64,000 nt of DNA from Bacillota bacterium (GTDB taxonomy: Bacteria; Bacillota; Clostridia; Lachnospirales; Lachnospiraceae). Location of the stretch: positions 149 through 64,148 of the forward strand of contig JAEYPP010000083.1 of the NCBI GenBank assembly GCA_023410575.1. The letters run 5' to 3'. The translations under genes were made by a program, and so were the position numbers. Each line of letters begins with the position of its first letter. Position 1 is the stretch's first letter. Below are positions 58,447-64,000 of this stretch, piece by piece. The notes beneath the pieces are model-generated. The model worked only from the letters and a program-made list of their open reading frames with translations, was not told where the DNA came from and searched no databases.

Positions 58447-61400
58447 TTACTTCATAACTCTCTTAATGCTTAAGTTATCTATGTAAAGATCAGATTTTCC
58501 ATCTGTTTCTACATATAACCTTAATGTTTGTACATCAGATGGTAACTTAACTACTGCTTTTATTGTCTTGTACTTGCCTGGAGTTGATGCTACACTCGCA
58601 TAATTTGGCCATAGGTCTTGAATATCACCTGTAACCTTAATCTCAGAATCACTTGTCTTGATATCCATAGAAATCTCAACTTCCATTCCAAGATAAGCAG
58701 AAACATCAAAAGCGATACCCATATAATTTTCAGTACGATCCTTTAAAACTGCCACATGATTACCTGCTACACCATCTTCGATAATACTTAATGTACCAGC
58801 ACCACCCCATCTTGGAGAAAATACGTTAGCTGCAGATGCAGTTTCACAATCCTCTACAAAATCAGCAATTGTAACACTGATATCATCTACATAAAAATCT
58901 GCTTTGCCATCAGTTTCAATGTACATATGAGCAGAAGTTAACTGGTTTGAAATAGGATATGTAGCTGTGATCTCTGTCCATTTTCCATCTGCTTTTACTT
59001 CAGTAAGTTGTACTGGTTCTGAACCATCAAATCCTAAACGGATTAAGGAATCAGTTGTCTTAACATAAGCTTTTACATTTACGGTATACCCAATATACTT
59101 GCTAACATCAAACTTCATGTTTGCATCGGTTTCAGCACGTTTAACTAAGAAGGAATGACCTTTTTCATTACGGCTATCAACATCTGTAATACCTGCAAAG
59201 GAAGGTACGTGTCCTACACCTCTTGCAGCTGCTATCGTAGTAGTTTCTTCAAAGCCCTCATCTAAACCTTTTAGTTTTACACTAACATTATCAATATAAA
59301 TATCATCTGTCTTCGTGGAAGCTTCAAAGTAAAGACTTAATGATGTCATATCAGATGGAATTTTATAAGTAGCCTTTAGCTGTTTCCATTTACCATCAGA
59401 AGTATCAGCTACTGCAAGGTTTGGCCATACTCCATTAATATCAGCGGAAAGTTTCGCCTCAGGTGCTGCTGTCTTAATCCATGCACTAACCTCAATGGTT
59501 TGACCAATGAATCTAGATACATCAAAACTTATACCATGCCAAGAGTCTTTTCTTCCTGTATCAACTAGAGCAAATTTTCCATCGTATACTACATCACTCT
59601 GGATTGATAAGGATCCATCTCCACGTAAGAAGAAGCCTTCGGATTCTGCCGTTGCGCCTTCTTTTTCAAATGTCGCATCCATATCCTTAAAATCTGGTGC
59701 AACATATGCTGGTGCTGGAAGTTCAACGCCATTCATTACTCCTGCTATACCATCAAATGCTAACTTTTTGCTTAGATCACCATTAAATATAAGTGGGCTA
59801 GTTTCTTTCTTCCATGAGTTATCATCAGTTAATCCCCAGATGGTAACGCTAGTTAAATTAGCACCTTCTCTATTTGCCTGATATAATGCCTTGAAGAAAT
59901 CATTATAGAATTTACCTTGATAATATTCTGCATTAACACCAGTTGTTGTCTGTGCTACATCAAGTTCTGTAATATGTACTTCACCAACTGCCTTACTATA
60001 TCTTTTCAGTGCAGTAATAAATGTTGAAATATCGGTATTATCACTTAGATGACCTTGCATACCAATACCGTCAATTAAGCCTTCTGCTAACATGTTATGT
60101 CCAGCAAAATCAGTTGTTGTCATCTTAATGATTGCGTCACATTTAACTTCCATGAACTCGTTATAATCATTGTAGAAAAGACCTGGTTGGATTTTTTTAA
60201 GTTGCTTTGCATTATTTACATCTACATTATATTTTGATGCATATTGAACTGAATACTTGTTTACCGCTTCTTTCGAATACTTAAATGCATAGTAAACAAA
60301 ATCAGGTCCTATTGTCCTATACCAATAACTATCTCTTAGGTTATACTCATTCATGCCTGGTTCAACTGCCTCATTTACAACGTCCCATGCATAAATAACG
60401 TCAGCGTAACCATTCTTGTACATATACTTCATTGTATCATCAATATAGCTCTCTAAACGTTTTAACATAACTTCACGGCTTACAAGACAACTATCATCAA
60501 GAGTTTCCCCATTTGTTTTAACTGGTGTATAATCCTTACAGAAAATAGCATCTGGACATTGGCTATGCCATACAAGTGTATGACCTCTTACTGGAATCTT
60601 ATTAAGTTTCGCCCAGTCCAACATCTCTTTCGCTGCAGGATTAACTACATATGGTAAAAATGTTTCTGTTGCTCTCTTAGAACTATATCCCATATTATAA
60701 TCAGGTTTTAGTTCATTACCAAATGTAATGCTATTAAACTGACGTTTTATCAGCTTTTCTTTCGCTGGATTACCTATTTCACTTAATTGATTGTTCCAAT
60801 GACTGATTGCCTCGCAAGCAACACCCATCTTAAATTCATTTCTATAAAGATTCTTTAATACTGGATAGCTTGTAACATCAGCATAGTTAATTGTAGTTGC
60901 TGGATCGGAATAATCACCTATAACTTTGATTTTGATATCATCAATCCGATAAGTAATATCCTTTGGTCCTTCAAAGTAAAGAAAATAGCTATTTGCGCCT
61001 GCTGGTACAGTATACTCTTTGCACTTTAAAGTACTATATGCATTTCCTTTTGTTGTTACAGATGCAAGCTGATTATATTGGTCATCTCCTACTTTTAATG
61101 TTGCATTAAAAGTATTCTTAGCTTCTTTTTTTACACCAACTGCTGCAATCTTAGCTTCAACAGAAATCTTATTGCCTGCAAAAGCTTTAAGATTATATGC
61201 ATAACCAAAGTAATTCTCAGTACGATTACTTACCTGTAATGCTTTATTTTTCGCAGTTCTTTTTACAATCGTAAGCTTTGGATTACCAAATACACTTCCA
61301 GTCAAAGTGCTTGTCTTTGCATTATTAAAGTTTTCTTCAATGGATACTGACTTTATAGTACTACGAATGCTTACATTATCCAAGTAGAAAGGAGTCGTCG

Positions 61401-61929
61401 TCTGCTTACTGTTATCATCTGTTTTACATGTTCCAAAATACAACGTTGCCGCAGCACCAGCTGGAATCGTATAAGTTGTACTTAATTCAACGTATTTTCC
61501 CTTCTTTAATGGAGTGTTACAAATCCAATTGTATTCGTCTTTTCCGTTAATTGTAGTTTTTAAGCATGCAACTCCATTTAAATTATTAGCATCAACTCTC
61601 ATAAATGTACTAAATTCAATCGTTTGTCCCTGGAATGCGCTTATATCATAACTATAACTATTCCAATCCTGTTGACGATTGGATACATATAATGCTTTCT
61701 TACCCTTATATGCTTTGCTTGTTAATTGGGACTTAATATCACCCATAGGTGCTCCAACACTTTTATCTGTTTCAAAATCTTCAAAAATAGCATCTGTTGC
61801 AGCTTTAGCAGTTACTGGTTGAGATGATTGTACACCAAAACAACATCCAATCATTGCAAAACTCAACGATACAGCAAGCGAACGTTTCACATGCTTAAAA
61901 AACGTCGGTTTTCTTTTTACTAATCCCAT
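58447..61929 (-). CDS. Secreted GH10 endo-1,4-beta-xylanase with five CBM_4_9/CBM22-like modules (2 N-terminal, 3 C-terminal)
   Basis: Signal peptide. GH10 core with the acid/base context WDVVNEAV and the nucleophile context HITELDV. CBM modules with the NR.EN(Y/W).G..(F/Y)D(V/I) pattern. Start set to ATG 61929 (MGLVKRK) behind AAAGGAG. Confidence 0.9.
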   Translation of the reverse strand: MGLVKRKPTFFKHVKRSLAVSLSFAMIGCCFGVQSSQPVTAKAATDAIFEDFETDKSVGAPMGDIKSQLTSKAYKGKKALYVSNRQQDWNSYSYDISAFQGQTIEFSTFMRVDANNLNGVACLKTTINGKDEYNWICNTPLKKGKYVELSTTYTIPAGAAATLYFGTCKTDDNSKQTTTPFYLDNVSIRSTIKSVSIEENFNNAKTSTLTGSVFGNPKLTIVKRTAKNKALQVSNRTENYFGYAYNLKAFAGNKISVEAKIAAVGVKKEAKNTFNATLKVGDDQYNQLASVTTKGNAYSTLKCKEYTVPAGANSYFLYFEGPKDITYRIDDIKIKVIGDYSDPATTINYADVTSYPVLKNLYRNEFKMGVACEAISHWNNQLSEIGNPAKEKLIKRQFNSITFGNELKPDYNMGYSSKRATETFLPYVVNPAAKEMLDWAKLNKIPVRGHTLVWHSQCPDAIFCKDYTPVKTNGETLDDSCLVSREVMLKRLESYIDDTMKYMYKNGYADVIYAWDVVNEAVEPGMNEYNLRDSYWYRTIGPDFVYYAFKYSKEAVNKYSVQYASKYNVDVNNAKQLKKIQPGLFYNDYNEFMEVKCDAIIKMTTTDFAGHNMLAEGLIDGIGMQGHLSDNTDISTFITALKRYSKAVGEVHITELDVAQTTTGVNAEYYQGKFYNDFFKALYQANREGANLTSVTIWGLTDDNSWKKETSPLIFNGDLSKKLAFDGIAGVMNGVELPAPAYVAPDFKDMDATFEKEGATAESEGFFLRGDGSLSIQSDVVYDGKFALVDTGRKDSWHGISFDVSRFIGQTIEVSAWIKTAAPEAKLSADINGVWPNLAVADTSDGKWKQLKATYKIPSDMTSLSLYFEASTKTDDIYIDNVSVKLKGLDEGFEETTTIAAARGVGHVPSFAGITDVDSRNEKGHSFLVKRAETDANMKFDVSKYIGYTVNVKAYVKTTDSLIRLGFDGSEPVQLTEVKADGKWTEITATYPISNQLTSAHMYIETDGKADFYVDDISVTIADFVEDCETASAANVFSPRWGGAGTLSIIEDGVAGNHVAVLKDRTENYMGIAFDVSAYLGMEVEISMDIKTSDSEIKVTGDIQDLWPNYASVASTPGKYKTIKAVVKLPSDVQTLRLYVETDGKSDLYIDNLSIKRVMK

Positions 61930-62492
61930 CACTTTTTCTCCTTTTTATTAATAATACGAATTAATAAATCTTAATACCTGATACTCTTTTTCACCCTCCT
62001 TTTTCTGTTAATTTTTATCTTTTGAATTAACAGAACCAAGTATTACCATATTGTGTAAATTATTACATTACTACTATAGCATATCTACACAAAAAAGAAA
62101 TACTTTTCTTAATTTCATTAGCGTTTTTGACACTTTTTACGAAATGATTTCTAATTTCGTTGTGCTTTTTATACAATGTGATAAAAATATCTCCACTAGT
62201 CTTAAACTATACGCATAAATGTTAGTAATTTGCAAATGTTATTAATTACAAAAAAACTTTGAAAGGAATTTGTCAAAACTATCGTCTTTAATTTACTTTG
62301 ACAACTATGCAATGGAACCTCAAAAAAACGCTACGAATGAAAAACCATCCATTTTTGAAACAATGAAAGACTCTATGAAAGAAGAAGACAAAGCGATCAA
62401 TCGTCGTTCTGAAACCAAAAACCACTCTTCACTTATGAAAATCATGCACAGTACAACTTCATTAAAATAGAATAAATCGAAAGAAACAACCT

Positions 62493-62554
62493 AAAAAAAG
62501 CAGTAGGTAAAGAAAGTTAATTGTTTTGAAACTTTCTTTACCTACTACTTTTTC
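62493..62554. terminator. Strong bidirectional rho-independent terminator
   Basis: AAAAAAAG-C-AGTAGGTAAAGAAAGTT-(11 nt)-AACTTTCTTTACCTACT-ACTTTTTC. Perfect 17-bp stem, ~77 nt after the minus-strand hydrolase stop. Confidence 0.75.
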
Positions 62555-62630
62555 TACTGCTACTAGCTGTATGATACGAGTAAGCGATAATATTCAATAC
62601 CTGTCTATCAATACACGCATACCCTTTTTC

Positions 62631-63179
62631 TTAATCTCTTATCGAATTACTACTAATCTCTTGCAATAATTTTTCGCAAGGAATTACACGAGCATAACGA
62701 TCTTTCCATATTTCTTCCTCGAAATACTCTGTCAAGTCGTTGCCACTTGCAATCGCTGTATCAAAAGTCGAAACTGTACCCTTTGCAATTGTAATATTGT
62801 ATTCGAATTCAAAAGCCACTTTCAAACTTATGTCTACACAGTACTCGGTCTGCATTCCACAAATAATTAGATTCTTTGCTCCAATCTGATCTAAATAGTC
62901 TTTTAATCCTGTCTGTCGAAACGCACTGTTAAAATATTTATCAAATATTATTTCTCCTTGCATAGGAGCTATTTTCTCATAGATTTGCCACGCATCATTC
63001 CCTGCTTCAAATTCATCACCACTTTTTCCGTTATGCCTAATGTAAATTACAGGTATCTTCTGATTTCTACACTCAGTAAGTAAATTCTGAATATTAGATA
63101 TCAAGCTTTCCTCGTTATAAGGATTTTGATTCATCAAACCTGTTTGCATATCAATCACGATCATTGCATCATAACCCAT
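62631..63179 (-). CDS. Isochorismatase-family cysteine hydrolase
   Basis: MIVIDMQ start motif and catalytic Cys context LIICGMQTEYCVD. Start moved to ATG 63179 (MGYDAMIVIDMQ) behind GGGAG, immediately after the upstream stop. Confidence 0.8.
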   Translation of the reverse strand: MGYDAMIVIDMQTGLMNQNPYNEESLISNIQNLLTECRNQKIPVIYIRHNGKSGDEFEAGNDAWQIYEKIAPMQGEIIFDKYFNSAFRQTGLKDYLDQIGAKNLIICGMQTEYCVDISLKVAFEFEYNITIAKGTVSTFDTAIASGNDLTEYFEEEIWKDRYARVIPCEKLLQEISSNSIRD

Positions 63180-63180
63180 A

Positions 63181-63843
63181 CTATTTTCTCCCTTCATGAT
63201 ACACAATTTGTAGTATTTCCATTGGTGTGTCAACAACAATCGTCGCTCCCTGTGCAATCAGCTCATTACGATCGCGAAACCCCCAAGATACTGATATAAT
63301 ATCAATACAAGTGTTTTTTGCAGTCTGAATATCTACCTCGGAATCTCCTATGTAGATAGCTGAAGTATTATCTATATGTAGCTTATCTAGTACTTCTAAT
63401 ACCCCATCAGGTGCTGGTTTTCTATGTATATTTTCTCTCTCACCTAGAACAAAATTGAACATATTAGGAAAGTACTGTTTACACAGCTCTTGTACTGCAA
63501 AATCAGCTTTATTGGACACTACTGCTGTTAATATACCAAGTTCTTTTAACTTATTCACTAATTCTAACACTCCATCATAAGGTCTTGTTTTAATCGTACA
63601 ATGGCTAGCATAATGCGTAGTAAAATCACTCAAAACTTGCACAATCTTATCTTGACTTGTTCCAGCTGGTACAGCTTTGTTAATCAGTTTTGCGATTCCG
63701 TTTCCCACAAAACTTCGAATCTCTTCGATTGATCTTTTCGGAAACTTGTTTTTTTCTAATGAATAATTTGTACTATCTGTCAAATCTTCAATCGTATTTA
63801 AGATTGTTCCATCCAAATCGAATATGACAAGTTTATATATCAT
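63181..63843 (-). CDS. HAD-superfamily phosphatase (phosphoglycolate phosphatase / PGMB-like)
   Basis: Motif I VIFDLDGTILNT, motif II VVSNK, motif III/IV KPAPD...YIGDSEVD. Confidence 0.85.
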   Translation of the reverse strand: MIYKLVIFDLDGTILNTIEDLTDSTNYSLEKNKFPKRSIEEIRSFVGNGIAKLINKAVPAGTSQDKIVQVLSDFTTHYASHCTIKTRPYDGVLELVNKLKELGILTAVVSNKADFAVQELCKQYFPNMFNFVLGERENIHRKPAPDGVLEVLDKLHIDNTSAIYIGDSEVDIQTAKNTCIDIISVSWGFRDRNELIAQGATIVVDTPMEILQIVYHEGRK

Positions 63844-64000
63844 TCGTTTCCTTCCTTTCTTTTTCTACTCCATATGTATCTTATGAATGGCGTATATCAT
63901 GCCACTTTCTCAAATATAAATCATTTACAAATTAACAGTAAACTCCATAACTAATACATCAATATTATATTTTATTTCTGCCAAATGTCAATCTTATGGT

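Noticed and set aside
61985-62000. Very strong SD-like AAAAAGGAGGGTGA in the xylanase upstream region, plus a 9-bp inverted repeat CTGTTAATT-N11-AATTAACAG (62005-62033).
   Set aside because: No start codon lies at a usable distance after the SD-like sequence: the GTG is immediately adjacent, and the resulting ORF would be 7 codons. The short AT-rich inverted repeat is not distinguishable from chance in this composition.
62270-62470. 66-aa hydrophilic plus-strand ORF (TTG start; internal ATG gives 52 aa) ending before the strong bidirectional terminator.
   Set aside because: The GAAAGGAA is too close to the TTG (about 2-3 nt), and there is no SD before the internal ATGs. No motif is recognised. 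The terminator is already explained by the convergent minus-strand hydrolase gene. A small protein or sRNA here cannot be excluded without expression data.

Overview
Low-GC (by eye about one third G+C) Firmicutes/Clostridia-type chromosomal segment, possibly Lachnospiraceae-like, though taxonomy cannot be proven from this window. Almost all genes are on the minus strand. The only plus-strand genes are tyrS plus a zinc-ribbon membrane protein (36.4-38.8 kb) and one ABC-F ATPase (48.5-50.3 kb). Contents in window order: (1) a membrane metallophosphoesterase, OmpR-type response regulator, histidine kinase and membrane methyltransferase gene string; (2) a secreted clostripain-like C11 peptidase; (3) an Fe-alcohol dehydrogenase; (4) a WYL/YafY regulator preceded by a decayed YoaP-like GNAT remnant; (5) an AraC/GyrI regulator; (6) an XRE-HTH::AlaA-type aminotransferase fusion; (7) a visibly G+C-richer ~4.4-kb island with a two-component system (kinase broken by one in-frame TAA) and an FtsX/MacB-type ABC exporter; (8) an Lsa-type ARE ABC-F gene behind a ~340-nt structured leader with a 3-codon uORF; (9) a CASTOR/POLLUX-like RCK channel; (10) a complete nine-gene V-type ATPase operon whose K subunit carries the Na+-binding signature; (11) an MCP; (12) an extracytoplasmic lipoprotein flavin reductase with two FMN-binding domains; (13) a SWIM-SNF2 helicase; (14) a P-type ATPase; (15) a DEAD-box helicase; (16) a GH3 glycosidase; (17) a DUF434/NYN-like protein; (18) hcp fused to a redox-disulfide domain, with a CRP/FNR-type site at about -41.5; (19) a GH10 multi-CBM xylanase next to a paralogue that has no catalytic domain; (20) isochorismatase-family and HAD hydrolases. 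No tRNA, rRNA, CRISPR array, transposase or integrase gene was recognised. The least explained signal is a ~170-nt G+C-enriched rod-like palindromic element present twice in opposite orientations (7710-7882 and 56405-56572), with at least one compensatory base-pair change between the copies. All coordinates, motifs and structures were read by eye. No database search or folding program was run.
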